Made by a program: the position numbers and the translations under genes. The notes beneath the pieces are model-generated. The model saw only the letters and a program-made list of their open reading frames with translations, searched no databases and had not been told where the DNA came from. Of a DNA stretch of 64,000 nt, positions 1 through 13,786 are shown one piece after another. Source of the stretch: Chrysomallon squamiferum. Lineage: Eukaryota; Animalia; Mollusca. How positions within the stretch are numbered: position 1 is the stretch's first letter; the number at the start of each line of letters is the position of its first letter. Location: assembly GCA_012295275.1 (NCBI GenBank), contig CM022675.1, forward strand, positions 15,004,001 to 15,068,000, given 5' to 3'.

Positions 1-679
1 TTAGTCCCTGTTCTGTGAGTGAAGCCAGTCTCTCGTTTTGTTAACTTCCCACATTATCCACTTGTCATTTTTAGTAAATGCTTATTAAGATGTTAACACG
101 ATGAAAAAGACGCACACTTGATTGTCTCGATCTGCAAACAACTGCTAAACCAGAGACTACCACATACAGTTAATGTTAACAATATTATTGAGTTGTCGTC
201 TGACATTCATTCCATCATGTATTTACAATGAAAATAACTTCTTCTTTCCTGTTACCAAAACAAACGAAATAAAAAAGAAAAAAAGAAGAAAATGGACATA
301 ATAATCTATAACGTTCTGAATGAACACAAAAGTAAAGAAACAAAACGACGAATGAACTTAATGAGGTTCTGTATATCTACGTGCAGTTTATATTTATCAC
401 GTTCTACTCTAGATTATGCTCGCTCTGTTTTTATTTCAGTTACATTCATAGCTTACATAGTTTCTAACTGTACATTTTTATAGAAATCTCTTAATTTAAT
501 CTTTTCGCCTAATAAAACATTGTAATATATCATTTGTATATATAAATGGGCTTGTGTAAGTATATGCATGTATGTATGTATGTGCGTGTGTCTGTAAGTA
601 TGAATGTGTGTACATAAGTGTCTATACACGTATATGAGTCATGTTATTTATTTAAAACCAAAATAAATAGATAAGAAAA

Positions 680-690
680 ATAGATAGATG

Positions 691-748
<58 letters not shown>
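680..748. repeat. (TAGA)n microsatellite
   Basis: Direct reading. Confidence 0.95.
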
Positions 749-1990
749 CTGATCGATTGTCAGACAGGAAGATAGACAGGAAGGTAGGTAGGTAGGAACA
801 TAGATAAACAGACAAATATATATTTTTTTAATAAATAAAAAAATAAGTAAGTTAATGAATGAATGAATAAATAAATAAATAAATATATAAATAAATAACG
901 AAAAGCATACATAAATGCACAACAGTGATTATATTTTATAAACAGACACGCAAACAAGTCAGCTGAAACTGCTAATACTGCTAAATCCTGTTTATCAAGT
1001 ACATTTTTTATATCAAAGCACGCCTACAATGGTCACCCAGACTCTGTAGAACAACATTCGTTTTAGCTGAAATGTCACGTTAGTTAAATGTTTGTTTTCG
1101 AATTTATATAATGACAGTTTTCAGTTATTTTACATTTGATAATTAATAAAATCGTCAAAACTGTTTCACATAACAGCAGAAATATAACATTAAAAATGAA
1201 TAAAAATCGTAACAATAACAACAAAGTTACCTGCTACAAAAAAGAGAAAAAAAAAGTGAATGAAATAAAACAAATATGCATATAACAAATGCTAAAATCT
1301 AATACAGTAACAAGATCAGCAAATAAATAAATAAATAAATAAATAAGTAATAAATAAATAAACAAATAAACAACAGCAAATAAACAAGCAAATGAAATAA
1401 TTAAATAAATAAAAATAATAACTAATTAAAATAAAATACAATTTAAAAACACTATTTTACAGTTTATACGAAACATCTCCCTGCTGTCTTCTGTCCACGT
1501 TATCTTGTATTTGTCAAACAAAATTTCAGATTTATAATAAAACATATTTCTATTAATATTAGCAAAGCTAATTTCTGAAATATAGCTTTCTTGAAATAGC
1601 ATAAAGTTTAAAAACATTATTTATTTTGTTGTTGATCGTTATATAGTTTTGCTAATATCAGGTATTGATTATATCATGTTCTATATTACTGGTATTAAAA
1701 TTATTGCTACGGCTACAGTTACTGCTACAAAAACTTCCACTACCAATACTTCTGTTACTGCTACAAACAATACTGCCGTGTCATGCTACTGGAACCATTG
1801 TTATTACTCTGCTACAGTTCTCTCAAATACTTCGATCATTGCTGTTGCTGCTGTTGTTGAAGTTGTATCTAAAATACAAGCCAATACGATCAGTGAGCTA
1901 ATCACTGTATATTGAACAGTGGTATTAAAGTGCACACATAGTGTACTTCATTTAAATAGTAAAAAAAAAAAAAAAAAAATCATTGACAAG

Positions 1991-2069
<79 letters not shown>

Positions 2070-2113
2070 CATTAAAAATAAAAATAATAACAATATCAAT
2101 AACAATGTCAATA

Positions 2114-2177
<64 letters not shown>

Positions 2178-2266
2178 GTTATGTACCTTTAAAATTACTG
2201 TAACTACTATTACTACGATTATCACTTCTATTAACACTGGCACTGCTACCACTGTTGCTGCTGCTG

Positions 2267-2300
<34 letters not shown>
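1991..2300. repeat. Compound (TAA)n / (CTA)n microsatellites, representative of dozens of (TAA)n, (TAAA)n, (CAA)n and (TA)n tracts across the window
   Basis: Direct reading; these tracts generate the poly-I/N/Y/L ORFs in the track. Confidence 0.95.
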
Positions 2301-2302
<2 letters not shown>

Positions 2303-3682
2303 TCATCATTACCACCACTAGCACCATTACTATTATTTATGATGTTTATAGTTTTAAGATGACGATGATAATAACGATGATGATGATGATGTAACATAGA
2401 GAAGTATATTTTATAGTCTTGTGAGTTAAACAGAGTCTTTTAACTTCTTCTAATGACTACAGCGATGATGATGATAATGATGACGACTACAACAAGAACA
2501 ACAACTGTGAAATATAGTCTTATTAATATTAGGAGTGTTCTGACGTGTGTGTATCTGTTTAACTGGTTTCTCAGTTCTTTTCTTTCTTATAATTGCCTGA
2601 CGCAAGTAATTACAAATAATCACGTTCTAAATGAAAATTAAAACAAATTTCGCCGCCTCTCTGAAGAGGTCAGACGTTCTCACATTGCTGTCATGCAGGC
2701 TGGAACTGTGGTCTCTAAGTGAACTTGGGGGTTCTAAGCTTTGTACCTCTTCAGGCAGGAAAACGGGTCCACGCGCCCTTTATTTGTTTTGCACGTGATC
2801 TGTGGTCATTTGGACTCGCATATGAAGATTATCAAACAAAAGCTACCCAGGCCGTAACATGTGCTCGACTGCAGCACTTTCTATGAGCGCGGAATTAATG
2901 AAGCACAAATAGACGAGTCATGGGGTACTTGTCACATCTCCGTGATTTACTCTCTCACTCTGACCTCCACCGGGCACCACACACTCAAAACAAGTAAAAA
3001 AAACCAACAAATACTTTTTCAGGTACAGACAACATGTGCCTATAAATGTTGTAACAAATCAGCAAGGTTTGATAATATATTAACATATCTGTTTGATAAC
3101 TTACTAACTGGCAGAATATATTAACATGGATTTGGTCAGATATCATCATGATTTTACTAACATTTCAATAGGGATTAGGTAAATATCACCAGTTTGCTCA
3201 TATATTATGGATTGGGTAAATATATCTTCTAGAAGTTTGGTAAGTAAAATTAACAGACTTATAAACAGTTTGAAAACTCAGAATAAAATATCAAACTTTG
3301 TACATGTTTAAACCTCTAATGAGAATATTCTAAAAGCCAGTACAGCTACCATCACCAATTACAATAAAACCATTACTGAGCGTCTTTCACGTACAACTAA
3401 ATAAAATGATTCAAACATGAATTAGGCAAGAGCACATATTTAGTAGACCAAAGTTTATTTTTTTTTTTTTTTTATTATTATTTTTTATTTGTAGCAAAAA
3501 TTGCTTTAAAAATAATTTTAAATCAGAATGAAAGGTTAATTATGATATAGAACTGTGATAGCTTATTATAGTCATTTTCGAAACGATCAATATATTGAGC
3601 ACAGCTACTAAATAAGTGGTTATAAAAATGCTGAAAAGAGTAAGAAAAAAAGAGAAAAAAAAGAGATTCTAGTTATAACTGG

Positions 3683-3722
<40 letters not shown>

Positions 3723-4354
3723 AAAGATTCCCTCAAAACAATTAAGTAAATAAATAAATAAATAAATAAATAATGAAATGACTAAAGAAAGAAAAAGAAA
3801 GAAAGAAAGAAAGAAAAAGAGAAGAAAATGAAGCACTAATTTAATTAAATCTTCTTCAGCTGAAATAAACAGATGAAAGTAAATCTTTCTAGTACACAAA
3901 GTAGATATTAAAGTGTTTGAATCTCGGGAGACAAGACGAGCCGCCACACAGGAGTCAGTTGACGCACGAGAGTTCCGTGCGTCCCACCTCGCAGGCAGGT
4001 TTCACACAGTCTTCTGTCAACCAGACGATTTTCTTAAAATACTTTTTACAAACATGTTTGATTTGAGTATCCACAGACAAAAACACATTAACCCGAGCAA
4101 TTGTTTTAGTGAAAACATCTTTAGTCTCAAAAACGTTAGCTTAATCTGGCTAGTCACGATCAATCACGTTCACTCGCTTGTATGAAAATAAATAAAAGAC
4201 GTTTTGGTCGGAAGACTGAGAACAAATAAAATTGGCAAGCTTTTGTATCTTCCCTTTAGATGAGAGCTATTCATGTGGAACAATAAAAGACTTGGACAGT
4301 GTCGTTTGTTTCTCTGCCAGTTTGTTTCATAGGGGAAATGCGGGTATTGTTTCC

Positions 4355-4460
4355 AACGACGTCAACCGCGAATAGACGGTAGCCAATGGATGACGAGAAG
4401 CCGTGATGGTGGGCGGGGCTTCGTGAGTCAGATCTATGTATTCCTATATTTTGTGGGACG
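4355..4460 (+). promoter_or_regulatory. Probable Dlx proximal promoter
   Basis: GACGTCA (4358-4364), CCAAT box (4383-4387), GC box GGGCGGGG (4411-4418) and AP-1 site TGAGTCA (4424-4430) clustered 150-220 bp upstream of the ATG. Confidence 0.6.
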
Positions 4461-4579
4461 ACTATGCTAAATTAAGTGATAGTTAGAAGCGCAAGCTAGT
4501 AGCAGCAAACTGTGTTTTCTGGTCGGTATTTTCGACGTATTTATCTGTAAATTACCTGTAATCACTATCTCACACAGCC

Positions 4580-4865
4580 ATGTTGAACATGACGGGTCCT
4601 ATGGACGGCCTAGAACAGGAGATGGTAGGTAAATCAGCGTTTATGGAACTACAGCAACAAATGCCACCCGGAATGGGGCACCCGGCTTACCAAATCCGGA
4701 CCGGATACCCACCTCAACACGGCCACGACGGCGCGTACACGTCGCAGGCGACGCGATCTCTTGGTTACCCCTTCTCTATGAATTCTATGGCACCGACGTC
4801 GTACAACCCGCCACCAACACACTTTTCAATGTCACCGTATCAAACCCCTTCACCACCACGTGACG
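4580..4865 (+). CDS. Dlx: Dlx coding exon 1 ([10 protein letters not shown]...PSPPRD, phase 1)
   Basis: ATG in GCCATG context; SAFMEL motif; Pro/Ser/Tyr-rich; donor G|GTAAG at 4866, after which the ORF runs into a (TTA)n repeat. Confidence 0.93.
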
Positions 4866-4887
4866 GTAAGTTTTATTATTCTTATTG

Positions 4888-4937
<50 letters not shown>

Positions 4938-5065
4938 GTCATCATCGCCATCGTCATCATCATCATCATCTTAATCACCGTTATTATTATTACTGATGTT
5001 TTTGTCAAATTATTAGCAAAGAATATCTCTTTTATATTTAAATTAGCTGTAACGTACACAAACCA

Positions 5066-5134
<69 letters not shown>

Positions 5135-5971
5135 ATATATTTTATCTTCATTAATTATAGAGAGTTATATAAATATGTAATTGTCAACAGTATTTTTCTA
5201 ACAGTTATCTCGCGTTTAAAATAATGTGTCGTGTTTAAAATAAATTTGTTGTCAAAATTAGTTTCTCGCTGTCATATTTTATAAATGGCCACTGAGCCTA
5301 TAAATGAATTTCTTCAATTTAAATGTTATTACACACAACACAAATGAAAATTTGTATTGTCATACATACAAAGGAATATGTTCCTTTTACACATCATACA
5401 AATCAACTTAATTTTGAAGTATCAGTTAAGTGGCCAGAAATCAAATATTCAGTATAAAAGAGCTAACACAATTATGTTATGAAATATTATTAATTATTTC
5501 ATATGTTTATACTGTAAAATTTTACATAAACAAAACAGCCAAAATGTATACCTCTGTGTGTGCCAAAACAGCCAAAGTGTGTACGTTTGTGTAGATGCAT
5601 ATATATCTATGTATAATGCATGTTACAACTAAATTTAAAATTAATAATAATTATAAATGATAAGAACACTTTAAAATAAATTGTAGATAATTAAACAAGT
5701 CATTTTAGCACCTGCCTCATTTACGTATGTATATGTGTCTGTGTATATATATATATATATATTAATTCATCATTCAGTTATTTATTTATTTAATTATTTG
5801 CGTGTGATGATCAGATTTGTGTTTCACTGTTACACCACTGCAGCATTTAGTCTCACTGTTGTGTTTCACTGTTACACCACGTTCTTCAAATGCGATATTC
5901 TCGCTTTGTATTTATTTATTATTATTATTATTCATTTATTATTATTCGTTTTATTATTATTATTATTGTTG

Positions 5972-6031
<60 letters not shown>

Positions 6032-6176
6032 TTCTGCGTTATTTATTCTTGGTTTGTCTTTGCTAGTTAGAAAACAAATCATATTTTTAGCTTCTTAGTG
6101 TGATACATAATATTTATAACAGTTTTCGCATTCCAAACTAAACTTTCCGTTATTCATAAATAAATAAATAAATAAA

Positions 6177-6224
<48 letters not shown>

Positions 6225-6633
6225 TGAATACAATCCGCAATTCTTTTTCATGTCGTTTTATTGTTTCATTTAACAAATAACTGATATAAAATGATTTATT
6301 GTGAATTAGTCAGTTAAAATTAAAACTTACCTTTATCTTCAAATTCTAATGAAAACTTAGCTATTCACGATTTTGTGTTATATTTGTTGTCACCAAGTGA
6401 AATAAATAAATAAATAAATAAATAAATAAATAGGCAGATAAATAAATACAGCCAACACAACCAATAACAACAGTAGCAAGAACAATAATAATAACAAACA
6501 CACGTAGATGAAATTACAAACATATATATATTTGACCAAAATTTTTACTATTGAAACAGTATAAGGCTAAACAAATAAAAAATGTTTAATAAAAGTAAAA
6601 AGTACTTAACACCATTTATTTCAAAAGCTGCAT

Positions 6634-6684
<51 letters not shown>

Positions 6685-7426
6685 CACAGCTCAGAAGTTA
6701 ATTAAAAAAAATCTATCTTAATAAATAAAACATATAAATAAATAAATAAAATAAAATGAAATAAAACAAAATAAAATAAAATAAAACAAAATTAATTTAA
6801 ATTATAATAAAATATTAATAAGTATTTTCCTATCGGAGATAATTAATCTTCATTTCAGTAAAAATTAAATATCACTGGCTTTTTGTCTGTCAGCTATTTT
6901 AATATTAATTCAATAAAATGATGTCAATTATTCGGCTGTTTCGCACGCTACAGTTTGTCTACGTGTATTCTTATTCATAGTAAAATTGTGTTTCAGATAA
7001 AAGTCAGGTTGAAGAACAGTTGCGAATTAACGGGAAGGGGAAAAAGATGAGAAAACCGAGAACAATATACTCCAGCCTGCAGCTACAACAACTGAATCGT
7101 CGCTTCCAGAGAACGCAGTATTTAGCTCTGCCTGAAAGAGCCGAACTGGCAGCTTCCCTCGGTCTCACTCAGACTCAGGTAAGTTTGTGTTAATAAGTAA
7201 TTACCCGCATAATTAATTTAATGAAATCATGTCATTTCAAATAAACGGATATTTAAAATCATAGTAGTAGTAGTAGTAGTAGCAGTAGTAGTAAAGTTTT
7301 AGTCGTACTTGTGATAGTAGTAGTAGTGGTAGAAATAGTAATAATAATAATATTAATGGTAACAAAAACAAGGAAAACAAACAAAATGAAAGATATATTC
7401 ATTTTTCAAAGCAGTTATATGATATC

Positions 7427-7511
<85 letters not shown>

Positions 7512-8533
7512 TAATAATAACAAAAACAATAAGAATAGCAAAACAAGAAAAACAATAACAGCAATTCAGCACAAAAACAAAAAGGAATAAACAACATAGA
7601 TTTAATAAAATAACCGATACACACAAATTAACATATAAAACAAGTAGCCGATTTATCAATAAAAGTTTATCCTTAGAGATAATCCGTACACTGTAGAATT
7701 TCACTTTCCAGTATGAGAAAAAATAAATCTCCAATTTCCATTATTTTCCTCACTTAAGAAGAAAAGACGATATCCTCAAACTGAGAAAAGACGTAATTCC
7801 ACAGTGAGATTATCTCAAAATCCAGACAATTGTTGTATTTCGTGAGTGGCGCCCAGTAAGTAACAGCTTGTAAGAAACATGTTGATGTTAGACAATAGGA
7901 CGAGATAAACAGTGTGAGTACTCACATAAGGTGAGAACTGCGCTGTGAGCTCGTCTATCACTTTCCCAGGTGAGGCTGGGACTCACAACACTCGCCGACT
8001 GAGCGTTTATATACATGAACAAAATTGACCAATTTCACCAAAGGAATAATTTGGGTCTGTTAGAGAGACATTTACCATATTTGATTGGACTAAAGTATTA
8101 GTTTTGTCAACAGCAAAATTTACCCTGATTAGACCCAATTTTCTCTAACACCGAAGCTTAAAATTTCATAATAAGCCTTGATTAGGTATTTTAACATCAC
8201 CCGCTTAATTTATATGACAAGACCGGGCACTTAGCTCTACAAATGAGAAATATTTACGAAATCTTTCATCAACAAATAACAGGGCTTAAATACGATTGAT
8301 TTTTGTCGAAATTGTAGTGTTCAAAATAATAACTGGAATAAAAGCGAATTAAACATTATTTTGTGTTATTTGTGCCGGGTCGATGTGTAACTGTGGTGCA
8401 CTGTCGTTGAGAAATTGAACAGTACGCCGGCGTAGTAGTAATCATTACGTCACTGCTGACATGTATCTTACTTATTAAGAAAAATATCCTCACAAGTCAA
8501 GCAAATTTATATCTATTGAACAATAGAAGATTT

Positions 8534-8565
<32 letters not shown>

Positions 8566-9481
8566 GTCAATATAAAATAATGAACCGACACAAAAGAAAT
8601 GATGTGTGGCTTTACTGAAATAAATAAACTGTTAATTTCCTTTTAGCAAAACAAAACATAAACAATAAAAAAGTTGTTTTACTTTAAAAATTAACTACGT
8701 TAATTTTTTTTCTTAAATAAGAAAATAATATGAAAAAGAGAGAACTTTTTTTTAAACAACAAAACTTTAGAAAGTCGTTTACTGAAGAAAAAAAGAAAAG
8801 AAAAAAAAAAAAAGAAATGAAAGTATGTTATTTTGATCGAGCAAACAGAACAGAGTAATGAAATAAAATAATAATTTTGTGATAAAACAAGAGGACTAAT
8901 GATATATTACAGACTGCGTCACCTGACACAATTCACAGTGTATCCGGTGTTACACAGGTAGCGTCCAGGTAGCAGTCTTCTCTTTCATCTCGCCTCGTCC
9001 TTTCACACATTCCACGCAGACTCGGATTGCCTGTCTGATAGCAGAACGCGATGACAGATCACCGAGTCAGATTTCCCAACTTACAAAAAACAGCTTATCT
9101 CTAAATTCTATTTACATTATGTGTACAATTTATTTATTTATTTATTTATTTGTTAATTTGTTTGTTTATTTATTTATTTATTTATTTGTTTGTTTGTTTG
9201 TTTGTTTATTTATTTATTTATTTGTTTGTTTATTTATTTATTTATTTATTTATAAACTTATTTGTGTACTTATTTGTTTAAACATCAGTTTTATGAATCT
9301 TTTTATTTTATTTTATTTTATTTGTTTCTTTATTTACATATTTACTTGTTTCGTAGTTATTTGTATCAGAACATTAAATATAAAATATTAAAACATTTGG
9401 AAACTAAGCATCTGTCATAGAAACAGTTATAATCAGTTTAATAGTAGCAATAAACGTTAAAAACGTAGTAATTAATAGTAT

Positions 9482-9513
<32 letters not shown>

Positions 9514-10320
9514 CAAATATACATATATTACTATACAGATACTATTATTTGTTACAATAAATATATAAATAAATCAACAACTACATTATGAATGTATGTT
9601 TAGATACAATTATATTAAATGGTATTAATATAATTTAAATCTGTCTTTCTATTATTAAATAATTAGTTCTAATATTTTTTTAAATGTATTTATTCTCAGA
9701 ATATTTTTTTATATCAGACTGTTTGTAATTCATCTATATCTCTTTAATGTGTTAGTAATTTATTTTAGATCTTACTAATTCTAATATTAATACTTCTGTT
9801 TAATAATGAACACTTCAGTAATAAGGATAATCTGCAAATTATGTTTTAATCATGTTACGGTAATTCGCTTGATTGTCTAATTGAGTGTGTGAAAGTTTGT
9901 TAAGAAATCACTTCATTTAGCTGTTATAACGGTCATTTCCTCTGTATACTGAAAAAACGAAAAGAAAAAAAACAACACATTTACCTTACACGCTTTATGC
10001 GCTATTTCGCTATGAAGATTTATTCACATGGTTTATTGTTCCTGTCAACGGCATGCTCGTTAATTTCCAATCCGTGGCGTATTGGTTTCATTTAATTATG
10101 CAAATTGTCGTAGTTCAGTCAGAAGTAACAGCGTTGTGTTTTCTGTTTGTCACTGACGCGAGAAAACGCGTCTATCGATTCCCAGATTGCGCTAATTTCG
10201 TCAGCCAACGTTTTCACCATTGTCACATACATTTTGATAATCTAATCGTTGACTTGTGTTAATACAAAAACATTTAAAATAAATATTATAAATAAACAAT
10301 CAATCAAATAAATAAATAAA

Positions 10321-10351
<31 letters not shown>

Positions 10352-11649
10352 AAATATTATAAATTAACAAGCAAATAAATAAATAAATAGAAAGGAAGAA
10401 AACTATGGTTGAATATATATAAATAAGTTTGCATAACAAAAATTAAGGAGGCTATTAGCAAAATAATAAATAAAATGATTTGTATAAAATTAATTTAGAA
10501 AAATGTAAAGTAAATAAAAATAAACTAAAGCAAAGCAAAGTAAAACAAAGTAAACTTAAATAAAATAAAATAAAATAAAGTAAAATAATGTAATATAATA
10601 TAAAGTAAAATAAACAGAGTTAACTTAAATAAGATAAAATTAAATAAGATTAAATAAAGTAAAGGGAAGAAAAGCAGAGTAAAATGAAATAAAATAAAAA
10701 TTAAAGTAAAGTAACATAAAATAAAATAAAATAAAACATAATAAAGTAAAGTTAAGAAAAGTAACAAAAACAATACAATATAATTAAATAAAAATAATGT
10801 AAAATAAAAATATAAAAAAATAATACAATGGAATTAAAATAAAATAAATTAAGATGTAGCACATTAAAATAAAAATTAAAGGAACAGAAAATTAAACAGA
10901 AAACAAAAATATAAAATAAAAATAAAATAAAATAAAATAGAATAAAATGAAAGCCAGTGAAAGTGAGAGATAATTTATGGTTGTGTATTTAAATATTCGA
11001 TGTAACTGCGAGCTGTCTGCACAGATTCAGTGTCTACTCTCTTTCTTAATTAAATATTCACAGGATATTCGTTTTCGCTAATAATTTATTCTGTGATGAA
11101 ATATATATTGACTAACCAGGCAAAAACAGTTTTGCAACATAAGTCGTTTTTTTTTTCTTTTTCTTTGTAACTCTTTCAGTTATTTGTTATGTATAAATAT
11201 GTCGACAATAAATCGTAAAAATATATATTTCTTTTATTACTGAACCCATTTACACGTGGTGGAAAAACGAAGCTAAAAATACAGTAAATATGAGATTACC
11301 TAAACATTATATTAAAACCAGTCTGTGACCGATATATCTGTCTTTTTCTATAGCGGCACTTGTCCCAAATTAAAATGTCTAGTAGTGATAACATTTAATT
11401 CGATTAGAACTCTCTGTGCGCGCGTTTTCATTAATAATAATGTTCTAAGGTGCACCTTTATTCTAAAATGCTAAAGTAATATTTTTATTTGTAAATGTAA
11501 CAAGACACTGCTATTAACACCGTGAACTTATCAAAAAATTAAAAGTAGTTTTTATATAGAAATTCAGTACCGGAGCCGTGTTACCTTTTTATTACTTTTT
11601 AATTATTTTCTTTTAGACAACAGCAACAACAACAACAACAACAACAAAC

Positions 11650-11708
<59 letters not shown>

Positions 11709-13561
11709 TAATAATAGTAATAAATAACCAATGTTGCTGTTATTGTAATTATGTAACTAATTTTTTCACCTATTTCAAAGTTATACATATCAAACAATTT
11801 TAATTTTAGATATCCTTACCAGATTTACATTCAACACTAATTATATAAAGTCAGTATTATGTTTAAATTTGTTCTTTCTTTTGTGTTCACTGTAATATAA
11901 GAAATAAAACTGGCGAAACCATATGTTTTTAAAAGAAAATATCTAAAAATGCATCACATTTTTCTTAGTTGTTCATACGTAACATAAAATTTACAGTTGT
12001 TTTGAATTGATTTACACTGGAAATTATAAATAGTTAGAACTGCTCTATTCTGTGCAATAAATAAATACCAAACATCGCTTCCCAACCATTTCAACATTTC
12101 TCATATTTAAAAACTTTCTTATTTTATTTTATTTTATTTTATTTTATTTTGTAGTTTTTAAAAATAAAGTCCGGTGCCTCAGGACTGATATTACAAAGTT
12201 TATAGTTGGGAAACGACGCCAATTGCTTCTTCATATTATTATAGTGTGGACTCGTTTAAACTTCCGAGATTTTGTTATATATTTGTTTTATAAAAGACGT
12301 GATTGTAATCTGACATTTTCATTATCTCAGAGGTTTGGGTTAGTTATTCATCTCTTAACTTGTTGACTTAAACTTGTATTGTTTCTTAACTGGCGGTCAG
12401 TGAAAATTCGTCCGCACAATGGTCACATGTTAAAAGTCGCAAAAAAAACATGTCAAGCAGTTTCCGACATGTTAATTGTCGTGTAAAACCAAGCGTTTCT
12501 CCACACACTGGCACTTGCCACGAGCACTCAGCCAAACACTGAAAGAAACAAAAAACAAAACCTGCTTTTTCTTTCACAAACTGCAACGACTATCTTCTAA
12601 ATTGCAATTTCGGATGGCGACGTGTTAAATATATCAGTGACGATTTCGCCGGTGGCGTCGTTTGTTTGCAAGCCAGGATTACCTGAGAACAAAGATGTAG
12701 TCGTTTAGAAAACATGTCAACAGCTTAAAGTGTGATAGTAATTTAAACACATACATACATAAATACATACACACATACATACTTACATATATACATATAT
12801 GTATATATACACGTGCATTCATGCATATATGCATAACACCTGCATATCATATACATAGATATACACACGACATACATATATGCTGAAACGCAAACACATA
12901 CACACATATACATATACACATTTACGTACGGAGATCTAAGCATGTGCTAAAAAATCAAAATCAAAAATAAAATAAAACAGGGTAAACAATTTACAATTAT
13001 ATAATAACCTAATTAAACTGACATTCTTTTTTGTTAAACAGTTATATTTCACATTGAACAGTGATGCGTTTATAACTGTTTTACTCTTTGATTTAGAAAC
13101 TTCATTCAAACAGACACGCAAACATTCAGTTTACATTTAACAAAGAAACCCGAAACTTTAACTTTTGCAATGTCATTTAACAACAACGACAACAACAACA
13201 AAAGATCACGGCGGTTTCTAATAATAACCATCCCACCACCCGCAAAACTGAATTCTTCATAAAGGCTACGAGTCTCGACCAACTCATAAATTAATATAAT
13301 AAATATTGTTTGAAAGAAGTTTCTTACCTGGTTCAAACTATAATAAGTTTGATGACTGAAAAATATTTTTGTTCCTGTTATCATTATATACGTAAGAAAG
13401 TACAAACATAATCTGTACTTTCAGCAGGAAAGTATTCAGAAAATAAATAGTTTAAACAGCAGTGAATTATCTTTTATTTTTAAATGTATAAATATAAATA
13501 TAAATATAAATATAAATATAAATATAAATATAAATATAAATATAAAATAAAATAGAATTAA

Positions 13562-13613
<52 letters not shown>

Positions 13614-13737
13614 AACAAAACTGTAGTTTTTAAATTTTCTTTCTTGCGTTCAGTTTTTATTTTTATTTCTATCTTTGCCTCATTCTCTTCCTTCTCTTTA
13701 CATATCGCTCTTAAGTTTTTATTTTTAATTTATTACA

Positions 13738-13786
<49 letters not shown>

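Noticed and set aside
644-2641. Poly-Ile/Asn/Tyr/Leu/Ser ORFs here and throughout the track
   Set aside because: Translations of (TAA)n, (TAAA)n, (CTA)n and (TAGA)n microsatellites with no coding signal.
4866-4996. Tyr/His-rich extension of the Dlx exon 1 ORF
   Set aside because: Read-through past the G|GTAAG donor into an intronic microsatellite.
5817-5880. 22 bp direct repeat TTGTGTTTCACTGTTACACCAC, two copies
   Set aside because: Simple local intronic duplication with nothing to suggest function.
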